Of a stretch of DNA of 64,000 nt, positions 1 through 12,310 are shown one piece after another; positions within the stretch are counted from its first letter, which is position 1; the number at the start of each line of letters is the position of its first letter. Location: positions 184,202,001 to 184,266,000 of the forward strand of contig NW_027362765.1 in assembly GCF_046119375.1 (NCBI RefSeq), written 5' to 3'. The position numbers and the translations under genes were made by a program. This DNA comes from Phyllobates terribilis. Its lineage: Eukaryota. The notes under the pieces are model-generated. The model ran no database searches, was not told the DNA's origin, and saw only the letters and a program-made list of their open reading frames with translations.

Positions 1-1098
1 ACACACTGACCAGAGCAATTACACTCCTGTCAGTGTGAGCAAACTGCTGGGGAGAACAGTCAGATGGATTATCTTCATGGCAAAAAGGTGAGTATTATGG
101 TGGTTTATTATTTTTTATCTTTTACAGGTGATAAGGGCATCGGGGTTTAGGCACTAAGGTGAGTATTATGGTGTTTTATTTTTATTGCAATATTTATTTC
201 AACTTTTTTTTTTTACTTGGAGCACAGGCATCGGCTGATGAACACTCCCATCAGCAGCGCCTACTCTCGCTGTTATCAGCAACAGCAGGCGTAGGCTGAT
301 GGGAGTAGTAAGATTTTTACAGCCGGTCACAGTCACAGCTGTGGGCTTACGCTGTCATCTCACAGGGTGAGCTTGTAGCGCTCTGACTGGCGGTAACGGT
401 TTTACTGCTGTTCAGAGCCTGTGTTTCCTGCCTTATCACACAGATAACAGCTTGACGGATGTTCGGGCCCCCAATTATATTAATGGGGTCCTGGTTCGAG
501 TTCAAGTTCTGGTACCGTTCTGGTACCAGAACCAAACTTTTTATAGATGTTCAGCTGAACCCGTCGGACCTAAACATCAGCCTAAGTGTCCATTTACATG
601 AGAAGATAATAGTTTAAACGATGAACGATATGATCACAACTCAGGACTAGCAAGCAATGTCAGACAAGTGTTTAAACAGGATCAGAATCATGAATGAAAT
701 GGTCGAATAGCGATCATTATATCGTACATCGAGAATCATGGACTGTGTTTACACAGACATAATCTGAAGTGTATTTGTTTTTAACTTTAAAATCCTATAA
801 TTGATACTACTTATTTTGAATACATGAATTACAGAAATATTATACAAACATTTCCATGGAAAATTTAATCAAATTTTTAGAGAAGCGAAAACATTTTTGA
901 CAATCACAAATATATATTTGTTCCAATGCTCCAACTGCTACTGATCAATTGCTTTGGAACACAATTAAACACTTAAAACCATATCTATTTAGGACTTTAG
1001 TTTATAAATTCCAACCTGTTTTCATATTCCTTAATAGCTCATTGTGCTGTTAGGTTGTTCACAAGCGAAAGATCACTGGTTCTAATCGAGGAGCAGCC

Positions 1099-3125
1099 AT
1101 GAAGAAGGTTACCAAAGAAGAGAGAAACAGCACCATCCCGCTCATCAATAGCAGTCTCTCGGCCAAGAAAATTGCCAAACTGCATCATGTGAGAGCCATA
1201 ACAGTTGGAAGAATACAAAATGAAGTCCATCCATCTATCAAAAGCCAAGAGGTGGACTTCCAGGCAAAATATTGGAGTCAACAAGTCGGCTCATCACAAG
1301 GTCTATCAGTTCTGGCGCAACAAACATGGCAATGGAGTTGGCTCGTATGCTCTGTAATAGTGAGATTACAGATGACCGTGCGATGCACGTTACACAAGTC
1401 TCGAATGGTGGCCTGAAAAAAGGTGAAGAAGCCTCGATTTCAATATTGTCATAAGAAGCATTGGCTCAATATTGCAAAAAAGTATGAAAAGTGGACAGTA
1501 GAAGACTGTAAACAGGTGATTTGGAATGATGAGACAAGTCAATAGACTAGGCTCTGATGGGTTCAAATGCATCTGGAAGAAACAAGGGAAAAAGGGGCTA
1601 ACGGATTGAGAAATTGAAGGAACTGTCAAATTCAATGGAGGAGGCCTGATGATATGGAGTTGTTTCACAACCAAAGGCGTTGGATGCTTGACCAAGATCG
1701 ATGTTGGTCTCAATGCTGAGCTATATGTGAGTATCCTACAAGATGAGTTTTTGTTCACTGAAGTACTATGTGTATGAAAAAGATGACATAGTGTTCCAGC
1801 AGGACAATGACCCGAAGCATACTGTTACGGGTCAGGGTGGTGGAACCTCTGTGCCGTGGTGCAAGGAGGAACCCAGAGGGGCGTAGCTAAGTATCAACTC
1901 AGACCGACCCTGGTCGTACGGCGGCTAACGACTCCGCGACCAAGGGAGGGACCGAGCAGAGGGACCAGGTGCTACTCTGGGGACGACCTTGTAAGAGAGC
2001 AGGTGGCTCCCAGGGGTCAGATGACTGGGACTGACCGGTATAGCGGATGGGCACAGCAAGCAGGCAGAAGTCTCTGGGTTAGCTGACAGGTGGTCACGGC
2101 ACGTGACGGCAGAGCAGGCAGAAGTCTCTAGGTTAGCAGACAGGTGGTCACGACAAGTGACGGCAGGAGCCTCCAGGTAGGCTATCAGGTGGTCACGGCA
2201 AGTGACGGCAAGAGCCTCCAGGCAGGCTATCAGGTGGTCACGGCAAGTGACGGCCAAGCAGGCTGATGTCTCTTGGTTAGCAGGCAGGTGGTCACGGCAA
2301 GTGACGGCAGAGCCTCCAGATAGGCTAGCAGGTAACAGGCAGGTAACAGGCGAGTGCTCCCAGGTGAGCAGGCTAGCAGGCACGGCAGGTAGCAGGCAGG
2401 TAACTGGCAGGTGCTTCCTGGTAAGCAGGCGGGCTTGCCCATAGACAGACTGGCGGGTTGAAGGGAAGACAGACTGTCGGGCTGGAGAGTAGTCAGGCTG
2501 GCGGACTGGAACAGTAGTCAGGCTGGCAACTGGACAACTGGACCTGAGGGCTGAAGCAGAGGTAAGAATACTTGTGCAACAACTATTGCTCGGGCACCTC
2601 CAATTTGGAGGAGGTGCCTTATATATGGGAGGTCCTCTGGCAATTGGCCGGGGACTCCTTAGGACGGCGCGCGCTGCCCCTTTAAGAGAGAGGGAGCGCG
2701 CGCGCTCCCTAAGCACAGTGCCCGGGAAGCTGCGCGCGCCGGCCGCAGCAGGAAGAGGAGCGCAGGAGGACGCCACGCGGGGAGCAGGGAAGTGAGAGGG
2801 ATGGCGTCTCTGCCTGGCAGGGGGCAGAGACGCCGATGCTACACATACATTGAGATTGGCGAAGAAATGGTTCAATGGCAATGAAATAGAGGTTCTGTAT
2901 TGGCCCTCACAGCTCCGAGACCTCAACCCAATCGAATATTTGTGGATACAGTTGAAGAAAAAGCTGTATACATGCCCAAGTGAGTCGACCAATATGCACC
3001 AACTTTGGGAATGGGTAGAAGAGACTGGGGTTCAGATTTCGGTCGAGACATGCTTGAATCTGATTGAGAGCATGCCCAGAAGGATTCAGGCAGTGTTGAA
3101 AGCCAAAGGTGGATTTTCAAAATAA
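1099..3125 (+). pseudogene. Tc1-like DD34E transposase, frameshifted and interrupted by a solo LTR
   Basis: Fragments across frames: MKKVTKEERNST (HTH start), [26 protein letters not shown] then (after the LTR) LRLAKKWF...DLNPIEYLW. There are 34 residues between the second D and the E, and the C-terminus is MPRRIQAVLKAKGG. TIRs were not located. Confidence 0.9.
1823..2843. mobile_element. Solo LTR (Gypsy-like) inserted in the Tc1 transposase
   Basis: Begins TGTTACG and ends GCTACA (TG...CA). 5-bp TSD CATAC at 1818-1822 and 2844-2848. Removing it restores the [15 protein letters not shown] frame. It has internal GCAGGTGGTCACGGCAAGTGACGG tandem repeats at ~2085-2440. Confidence 0.88.
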
Positions 3126-3764
3126 TAAAAGTTGAAATTTAGTTTTTAGGAGCAAAACAGTAGCAATGCTGTGACATGACAAGAATCTGCATAACTTATA
3201 ATATGCTAAATAGTTGCAAGTCAAATTTATGTATGAGATAGCCAGGATGATTGTTTATAAAATGACTGTAGTCTTGCTTTCGAAGCTGTCGTGGATAGTA
3301 TAGAGTCCATTTTAGGATATGATCAGATATCAAAGTCAAACATTAGAATGAAGTCAGTTTGAGGCTAAATACCCTGTCTGAGAACTGATTTTGATAAGTG
3401 ACTTTGATATGTGACTTTGACAATTGATTTTGATAAGTGACTTTTACAACTGTAATAATAATAATAATAAAAAAAAGTCACTGTTCGCTGATGGGACTTG
3501 AACCCAAAACGCTAAACTCAGTTGAAGAAATCTAGACAATCTATTTGGTTATGTGATTTTCAGTGTAAACCTGTCTGAAACTCATTGGGACTTTCACAAA
3601 TACCTCCTCCAAGCCAAATTCAAATGATGTGTGATTTTGACATGTGAGTCTGATATGTGACTTTCTTCAAACATCAGAATCAGAATCACAATTACTTTTA
3701 CTCACCCTGAGTATTTTCTTGGTTGATCTCATAAGACAAGAAAAGCTTCTAGTTACTATCACTT

Positions 3765-3835
3765 GACCCGATGGCTAAATGGTAAATCATCAGCCTCTGA
3801 AACTTCAGCGTCTGGGTTCAAATCCAAATAGAAGT
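3765..3835 (+). pseudogene. Degenerate tRNA-Gln(CTG)-like sequence
   Basis: TGGCTAAATGGTAA (A-box/D-loop), CTCTGAA anticodon loop and GGTTCAAATCC (B-box). The acceptor stem is not intact. A second copy lies on the minus strand at ~22945-23015. Confidence 0.55.
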
Positions 3836-3886
3836 AGAAATATATTTTTTGTTAATTATGACTAGTTAGCACGCTAACTATGAGGA

Positions 3887-4221
3887 TTTACTTTTAATAT
3901 CTGCCATTCTGATTGTCATCCTGACGTGTTAAGAGTTTCAGACACGCTGTCTATTTGCATGGTAAATTACATAGCCAAAGTAAATTGGGAGGCACTAATT
4001 TACTACATATCTATTTCCAAGTGACTGTACATTTGCATAATTTCTTAAAGGGGTCTAATGATAAAATTTGTTTATTGTAAATTTTTCCTTCCATCCACCC
4101 AAGAATTGGCTGCAAACTCCCAATTTACTTTGGCTATGTAATTTACCATGCAAATAGACAGCGTGTCTGAAACTCTTAACACTTCAGGATGACAATCAGA
4201 ATGTCAGATACTAAAAGTAAA
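3887..4221. mobile_element. Foldback MITE with ~105-bp inverted arms
   Basis: TTTACTTTTAATATCTG...GTAAATTGGGAG (3887-~3991) is the near-exact reverse complement of CTCCCAATTTAC...CTAAAAGTAAA (~4118-4221). Confidence 0.8.
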
Positions 4222-4786
4222 ACACCACTGTAATCAGTGTCGGACTGGGGGTCTGCGGTCCACAGGAGGAATTGATCCTCGGGGCCCACCCTACAGCTAT
4301 ATGCAAATACCTGTTAGCCGTTTTCCCCGTTATAGTGGAGCGTCGACTATAAAACACAGGAGGCTCCTGCACATCTACTGTGCGCACAGCACAACTGGGA
4401 TGTACAATTACGGTAGTTTACATTACTTCGATGAAAACTAATTATCACCGATTCACAGGTTAGGTAGGTGATATCTTATTGATCGGTGGAATCCAACCGT
4501 TGGAAACCACACTGATCGGAAGAATGGGGAACTTTTATACCTGACAGGGCACTTTTATCCCCATTTTAAAATGCAGCGGCAGGTGGAATGTCTGACCGCA
4601 GCTCCATTCATACTCTTTGGGGGCTTCCAGAAAAAAACAAGGGCAACGTGTGCAGCCACTAAGAGAATGAATGGATCAGTGGCCAAGTTTCACATGAGCT
4701 CCAGTCTAATGGGGGTAAAAGCTCCACAGTCTGCCGATCACACGAGTCCAGCAGTCAGACCCCCACCAATCAATCACTTATTCTTA

Positions 4787-4970
4787 GACCATGTTCACAC
4801 ATTCAGTATTTTACATAACTTATTTGTAGCCAAAATCAGGAGTGGAATGATCAGAGGAAAAGTATAATAGAAATAAGTGCACCACTTCTGTATTTATCAC
4901 CCACTGCTGGTTTTGGCTTACAAATACTGATGTAAAATACTGACGAAATGTTGAACGTGTGAATGTGGCC
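4787..4970. mobile_element. PIF/Harbinger-type MITE
   Basis: Imperfect TIR (GACCATGTTCACAC...GTGTGAATGTGGCC) flanked by TTA on both sides. Its internal sequence resembles the elements at ~35140-35279 and 62989-63201. Confidence 0.7.
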
Positions 4971-5149
4971 TTAGGATAGACGATTACTTGTTTTCACCGG
5001 AGAACCTCTCTAAGTGCATATTTGCTACTGTGTAATAGGCACAAGACAGGGAGGGGTTAGACGTCCAAGCAATTAATCTCTATTAGAAATAAAGAATCTT
5101 CCCATTATTGATATCAGAGAGAACAAGTGACCTCCATACATAACATAAT

Positions 5150-5700
5150 TCACAATACCAAGACCAATAATACCACATACAAGAGAGAAATACTGTTATA
5201 CCATGACCAGGTCACATATTACCACCACATAGTAACCGAATAATACCAAATTCAAGGGACCAATACCACCACACCATGGCCAGACCACATATTACCACCA
5301 CACAGTAACCAAATAATACCACATGCAAGGGACAAATACCATCACACCATGATCGGAACACATATTACCACCATCTAGTAACCGAATAATACCACATACA
5401 AGGGACAAATACCATCATACCATGGCCAGACCACATATTACCACCACATGGTAACCGAATAATACCACATACAAGGGACAAATACCGTCACACCATGATC
5501 AGACCACATATTACCACCACATAGTAACCGAATAATACCACATACAAGGGACAAATACCGCCACACCATGACCAGACCACGTAGTGACTGAATAATACCA
5601 CATACAAGGAACAAATACCACCGCACCATGACCAGACCACACGTTATCATTACATATTCACTGAATAATACTACAATAAGGATCATGAATAAAAAACACA
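5150..5700. repeat. Minisatellite, ~73-bp unit, about 7 copies
   Basis: Recurrent ACCACCACATAGTAACCGAATAATACCACATACAAGGGACAAATACC at 5221, 5294, 5367 and onward. Confidence 0.9.
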
Positions 5701-5759
5701 ATGCTAATAATACAAATATTACCACTGGTGACATTATACACAGTAGCTCTGTACATAGT

Positions 5760-6010
5760 ATGCAATGTACTGTATAGTGTCAGTGTACAGGTACTACAGT
5801 GATCACCAGTGACATTATACACACGAGCTCTGTATATATAGTGTATAGTGTACAGGTAATACAGTGATCACCAGTGACATTATACACAGGAGCTCTGTAT
5901 ATAGCATACAAGTAATACAGTGATTACCAATGACATTATACACAGGAGCTCTGTATATAGTATATAGTGTCAGTGTACAGATAAGACACTGACTCACCAG
6001 TGACGTCTCT
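5760..6010. repeat. Degenerate ~60-bp tandem repeat, about 4 copies
   Basis: Recurrent CAGTGATCACCAGTGACATTATACACAGGAGCTCTGTATATAG. Confidence 0.8.
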
Positions 6011-6339
6011 AGTTGGATTCCTTCATCTTCGCTTTTCTTCTTCATCCGGCACAGACTGCCATCACTTCTTTCATCCAGGACTTGTCGCTGCAGAAAATAA
6101 CACACAGTTATCAATAGCTGATCACTTCTAGAGCACATTTCACACTTATTCCCTGATTTCTAACCTACAGCAGATGAAGAAAAAAAGAGACATAGTGCCA
6201 CCCTGCACAGTAACAGGACCTCCCTTTTGTTACTCCCCCATGGAGAACTGTATCCTCAAAAGTAAATTATAGTACAGCAATAATGTCCCCACTTGCCACC
6301 ATAAACTGATACCTCATTCTGGCCCCCATACTTTAATTG

Positions 6340-7113
6340 TCACCCATCCTGGCCCCCTTTATTTAATAATATTCCCCATCCTAGGCTCCCATGTATCTCT
6401 CCCACCCATCCTGGGCCTGTATGTATTTCCCCCACCCATCCTGGGCCTGTATGTATCTCCCCACCCATCCTGGGCCTGTATCTATCTCCCTCACCCATCC
6501 TGGGCCTGTATGTATCTACCCCACCCATCCTGGGCCTGTATGTATCTCCCCCACCCATCCTGGGCCTGTATGTATCCCCCCACCAATCCTGGGCCTGTAT
6601 GTATCTCTCCCACCCATCTTGGGTCTGTATGTATCTCCCTCACCCATCCTGGGCCTGTATGTATCCCCCCCACTCATCCTGGGCCTGTATGTATCCCCCA
6701 CCCATCCTGGGCCTGTATGTATCATCCACCCATCCTGGGCCTGTATGTATCACCCCCCCATCATGGGCCCTATGTAGCATCCTCTCCCCCCCATCATGGG
6801 CCCCTATGTAGCATCCTCTTCCCCCCATCATGGGCCCCTATGTAGCATCCTCTCCCCCCCATCATGGGCCCCTATGTCGCATCCTCTCCCCCCCATCATG
6901 GGGCCCTATGTAGCATCCTCTCCCCCCCATCATGGGACCATATATAGCATCCTCCCCCCACCATCATGGGCCCCTTATGTAGCATCCTCTTCCTCCCCAT
7001 ATCATGGGCCCCTATGTAGCATCCTCTCCCCTATCATGGGCGCCTATGTAGCATCCCCCCTCCCATCATGGGCCCCTATGTAGCACCCCCCCAATCATGG
7101 GGCCCTATGTAGC
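6340..7113. repeat. Two adjoining ~30-33-bp minisatellites; the second resumes after the LTR at 8411
   Basis: CCCACCCATCCTGGGCCTGTATGTATCTCC units grade into CCCCCCATCATGGGCCCCTATGTAGCATCCTCT units. The repetitive ORFs here are artefacts. Confidence 0.92.
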
Positions 7114-8410
7114 TGACGCGCCCCCTGGGCCTGTGCTGTGCTGGGGATACCCGGAGCCGGATCGCTGGGGGTTGTAGTCTCCGTGGCGCTGACCCGGTCC
7201 GTGCCCAGGGTGGTCAAACCAGTGGCAGTCTTAGGTAATAACAATGTCCGACTACGCCACCCGTGGATTGCGGTCAGTGGGGACCGCCGCTGCGCTGCAG
7301 ACCGCTGAGGCTGATGTTGTATGCGCAGCCAAGTATGGAATAACTCCCCACGGGAGAAGTATTGCCTCAGGGCAGCTAGTATGGAAGATGGTGGGGGTGA
7401 TGGTGTGAGCGTCCCAGTCCTAATGGTGCTGGTGCGGCGATGAAACACAGAGACTTGTAATTGCAGTTTCCAATGCTTTACTCACAGTTGTTATTCGTGT
7501 CAATCCTGCAGGCGATGACTGCCCAAGCCGTGCTGCGTCCACCAGGCAAGGGACTCGACCAACTCCCAGGCAATTCCAGAGCGTGGCACAGGGCTCCCTT
7601 CCTTTCCTTTCTCTGGCCGTCCCCACCAGTGACCCACCTTTGTCCAGCTCCCTCGGACCTTCTGTTGGTGAAACCTATCTCCGGTTTCCCTGACCCTATG
7701 CGGTATGCTTTCCTGGTGAATGTAGTGGGGGGTCGCACCAAGATGTGGTGACGACCTCCGGTCTTTGGCTGAGGAATCTGTTGCCTCCACCAATTTGGGT
7801 TCCGGTACCCTGCTCTGCCAACCCTTCACCCGCAGTCTCCTGGGTCCTTAGGGTTCCCTCTGTCCTCGTGTCTCTGGGCCTTTCTCTGTGTTCCTGTTCT
7901 TTGTTTCCTTTCTTACTTTCCTTTCTGTTCTTTCTTCTCTCTCTCTCTCAGGCTCCGGCCTCCTGACAAGGCCTGCCCGTGGAGCAGAGCCCATGCAGCA
8001 GCTCTGCTCCCTGTCAGCCCTCTCTGGCTGAACTCCTCTCTTCTGCTCCTCCTGACTGAACTGACCACTGTCCTAAGATGGTGCCCACCTTATATACCTC
8101 CTTCTAACACCCGAGCCCAGGTGACTAGCAACCAATGGGCTCCTACCTATGCCCAGAGACCCACCCCTATCTGCTCCTACACCACTGGGTGTACTTTCCC
8201 CTCCCCACTCCAGCCAGGGACAGATTCTGTCGTGCCTGCACTCCTGTCTCGTGGGAGCACCGTTGAACTATCCCTCGGAAATGGGGTGTGTGTGGTGCAT
8301 GCAGCCTACCGAGTCCTGGTCCACACTCCATCCTTACCCGGGAGTGGAATATCACACCTCTGGTTTGAGGTGCAATACCCCTGTAGCAGCCGAGCCCTCG
8401 GGGTGCTACA
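7114..8410 (-). mobile_element. Solo LTR (1297 bp), same family as 47460-48670 and 50764-51970
   Basis: TG...CA ends and 4-bp TSD TAGC at 7110-7113 and 8411-8414 inside a minisatellite unit. On the minus strand there is a TATA-like TATATAAGGTGGGCACCATC. Blocks are shared with the LTR in the hAT cargo. Confidence 0.88.
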
Positions 8411-9219
8411 TAGCATCCTCCCCCCACCATCATGGGTCCCTAATCGCTGACCGATCAGAGGCTGCGCGCTGACAGCAGCCCGGAGGCCGGATGCCAATTC
8501 ACATCACTGCTATGCGCTGTGCACTGACGTCAGCACCCGGCGCATAGCAGTGATGCTCAATGTCCACCGGCCTATCAGAGGCCGACCGCTGACGCGCGTG
8601 GCTTTGATTGACCGGCGCCCTTCCTTTGAACGTCACTGCTATGCGCCGTCTGTGCACAGCGCATAGCAGAGAACAGATGTTCCTGGTGGCGGCGTCGGCC
8701 TCTGATAGGCCCATGGTCAGAAAGATCACGGTTACTGGTGGGCCCCCACTATATCAGTCACAGGGGCCCACCGAGGACCCAAGGCCCACCGGGGGATCTC
8801 CTGGTGTCCTGGCGGGCCAGTCCAACACTGTATACAGATAGAAAATTGTCTTTTTTCATTTCAGAATGAAAAATGGATAATTGTCCATACGCTTCTCTGA
8901 GCTAGGTCTAAAGTGAATATAGGTGAGGGCTACATGGCACATGTGTTGCATGACACTGAGATCACAGTGACGCTCTCCAACATGGTATCTAATGATTTCT
9001 TATGGTGTGGCATTGCAACCTTGACCTCCTAGAATTGCAACACAGAGTTGCAATTATTTCCAAATGTGTTGGATTTTCTGTCACTAATTGCAATTCACAT
9101 GTGATTCACTTTTCATAGACTTCAATGCAGTGGTGTCACATACAGCAGGCTCACACAGTGAGATGGATTCTTCAAACCCAAGGTCCAGGAGGGCATATGG
9201 GCTACGGGCATCAGTACAG

Positions 9220-10290
9220 CAGCCAGATTGGAGTGCAGGAAACCGCAGCCATGCAGCGTTCAGGAAACCACAGTCGGGCAGAAGATGTCACGAAACCGCA
9301 GGCAGAAGATGACAGGAAGCCGCAGACAAAATGGTGGAGTTCAGGAAACCGCAGGCAGGCGGAGGATGTCAGGAAACCGTAGGCAGGCAGAGTGAAGGAA
9401 ACCGCAGGCAGAGTGTAGGAAACCGCAGGCAGGCAGAGTGCAGGAAACCGGAGGCAGGCGGAAGATGTCAGGAGACCACAGGCAGGCAGAGTGCAGGAAA
9501 CCGCAGGCAGGCAGAATGCAGGAAACCGCAGGCTGCGGAAGATGTCAGGAAACTGCAGGCAGACAGAAGATGTCAGGAAGTGGCAGACAAACAGTTGGAT
9601 TGCAGGAAACCGCAGGCATAGTGGAGGAAACTGCAGGCGGGGGGAAGAGGTCAGGAAACCGCAGACAAACAGGTGGAGTGCAGGAAACCGCAGGGAAGCA
9701 GGTGGAGTGCAGGAAACCGCAGGCAAGCCGGTGGAGTGCAGGAAACCGCAGGCAGACAGAGGATGTCAGGAAACCATAGACAAGCAGGTGGAATGCAGGA
9801 AACGGCGGGCAGATAGCAGATAACACTCCAGAGTAATGAGAAAGTTTGCAAACAAGGAAGCCTCACACAGCCAGGAAGACATCTTGAAAACTGCAGGCGG
9901 ATACAGAGAAGAGGTCCAGGAGACCCAGGAAAAGGTAGCCGAAAGAACTCCAGAGTCACTAGAAAGTCTAAATACCTTGGAAGCTAAAGACAGCCAGGAA
10001 GACGTCCTGGAAACTGCAGGCAGGTTGATACTGGATACCGCAGTCAAGTAGATAGTAATACTGGAAACTGCAGCAGGTAGGTAACTGGAACTGGAAACCG
10101 TAAACAGCCAGGAAGGCATCCTGGAAACCGCAGGCATGTTGTTACTGGAAACCACAAGCAAGTAGGTAACTACTGGAAACCGCAGGGAAGTAGGTGTGGT
10201 CCTCCACAGACAGGTAGGTAGCAATGTTACTGGAAACTGCAAACAAGTAACTCAGTGACTGGAAACCACAGACAATCAGGAGATGTCCTG
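9220..10290 (+). repeat. Purine-rich GCAGGAAACCGCAGGC tandem repeat with coding-like periodicity
   Basis: Dozens of (T)GCAGGAAACCGCAG motifs that translate as VQETAG/LETAG repeats with scattered stops. Confidence 0.8.
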
Positions 10291-11214
10291 ATGACTGTGG
10301 ACTGGAATTGTGCACAGCAAACTAAGAGAGTTACTACAAGTCTTAGATAAAAGAGAAAAAAGGTTTTGGTACCGTGTCAGCCAGTTGAAAAAAGATTGAT
10401 TGTTCTCAATGTTAGAAACAAAATCATAACTACAAGATTATTATATTGTTTCTCCCATTGAGAACAATCAATCTATCTACAAGTCTTAGAGCAATACCAA
10501 GACACAGGTGTGCGTCTTGGGAGCCTTTATATAGACCTTGGAAATACAACACATGGATCATGCCGAGCTACTTGCAAAGCCTAAAGTGGAGCACCAGAAA
10601 ATCAAACAGACCGGGGCATGTGTGCAACAAGGTGCATAACTAGAGTACGATGGACCCCAGTGCAAGATTGGACTGGCCCCACCTGCATGTTGGTCAAATG
10701 TATGGACCCTTCTAAATCCTATAAGGACATACATATTGCCCCCTCTTATGTAATAATGTCTCTCATTCTGGTATATATGTCCCCCATCCTGGGCCTATCC
10801 TGGTAAATATGTCCCCCATCCTGGTATATATTTGTAGCTACCTACAGATGTCACCTAGGCACACTTCCTGGGCTGTCCAGGTCACAGCTGTGGAGAAAAT
10901 CGGTGCCATTTTTTTAAGCCCACATCTATGCTTCAAGCTACACTTTCTTCCTGTCTCCATTCACACTGCTCAGTGCAAGTGGTGACAGGAGGCGCAGGGA
11001 CGTGACGAACGCTGAGCAGAGGTCCTGGATGACATAAGTATCGGTGGTGGTGAGTGGTGTCCGGCAGCCTGAGATTAGCGGTACAAAACTAGAGTGCTGA
11101 TCACCGCTCTCAGCCGCTGTCACTGCAGTGTTCAGAGCACAGCAGAGATATCATCACACTGACTCAGCCGTGTATCTAATGCCCATCATGTGATACAGTC
11201 CAGAGCCGTATATC

Positions 11215-12310
11215 TAATGTTCATTGGATGAATGGAGCGAGGGATCACACATTACACTACTGCTTCCATAGAATTGGATGGAGCCGGGGGATCACACATT
11301 ACACCACTGCTAACATAGAAGTGGATGGAGTGTGGGGGGGGGTCACACATTACACCACTGCTCCCTTAGAAGTGGACGGAGCGGTAGGGTCACACATTGC
11401 ACCACTGTTCCCATAGAATTGGATGGAGCAGGGGGTCACACATTATACTACTGCTCCCATAGAAGTGGATGGAGCGGAATCAAAGATTACACCACTGCTC
11501 CCATAGAAGTGGACAGAGTGGGTTCACACATTACATCACTGATCTCACAGAAGAGGATGAAGCGGTGTCACACATTACATCACTGCTGCCATAGAAGTGG
11601 ATGGAGTGGGGGGGTCACAAATTACACTACTTCTCCCATAGAAGTGGACGGAGTGGGTCACACAATATACCACTGTGCCTATAGAAGTGAACAGAGTGAG
11701 AGTGGTATCACACATTACAGCACTGCTCCCATAGAAGCGGATGGAACGGTGGTCACACAGTATACCATTGTTCCCATGGAAATGCATGGAGCAGAGGGGT
11801 CACACATTACACTACTGCCCCCATAGAGGTGCATCGAGCATGGGTCATACATTACACCACTGCTGCCATAGATGTGGATAGAGTGGGGTTCACACATTAC
11901 ACTACTGCTCCCATAAAAATGGATGGAGTGGGGTCACACATTACGCTACTGCTCCCATAAAAATGGATGGAGAAAGGTCACACATCACACTACTGCTCCC
12001 ATAGAAGTGGATGGAGCAGTGTCACAAATTATACCACTGCTCCCATAGAGGTGGATTGAGCGGTGTCACACATTACATCACTGCTCCCATAGAAGTGGAT
12101 GGCTCGGTGTCACAGATTACACCACTCCTCCAATAGAAGTGGATGGAGCAGTGTCACACATTACACCACTGCTCCCATAGAAGTGGACAGTGCGGGGGTC
12201 ACACATTATATCACTATTCCCTTAAAAGTGGACAGAGCGGTATCAGACATTACAGCACAGCTCTCTTAGAAGTGGATGGAGCGGGGGTCATACATTACAC
12301 TACTGCTCCC
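11215..12310. repeat. Minisatellite, ~46-bp unit, more than 20 copies
   Basis: CACACATTACACCACTGCTCCCATAGAAGTGGATGGAGCGGGGGT repeated. Confidence 0.92.

Larger units (their letters stand above)
4235..8830. mobile_element. Putative non-autonomous DNA transposon filled with minisatellites
   Basis: Ends CAGTGTCGGACTGG (4235) and CCAGTCCAACACTG (8830) form a 13/14 inverted repeat, with GGGGCCCAC subterminal motifs at both ends. No TSD is recognisable. Confidence 0.5.

Noticed and set aside
120-570. Degenerate hAT-type non-autonomous element
   Set aside because: It has GAAC/GTTC subterminal-like motifs but no recognisable TIR or TSD in the window.
1925-2992. 355-aa minus-strand ORF
   Set aside because: It spans a GC-rich repetitive LTR plus antisense Tc1 sequence and has no domain.
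6340-12310. Numerous 60-170 aa ORFs in minisatellites
   Set aside because: They are open in several frames and on both strands because the repeat units lack stops.
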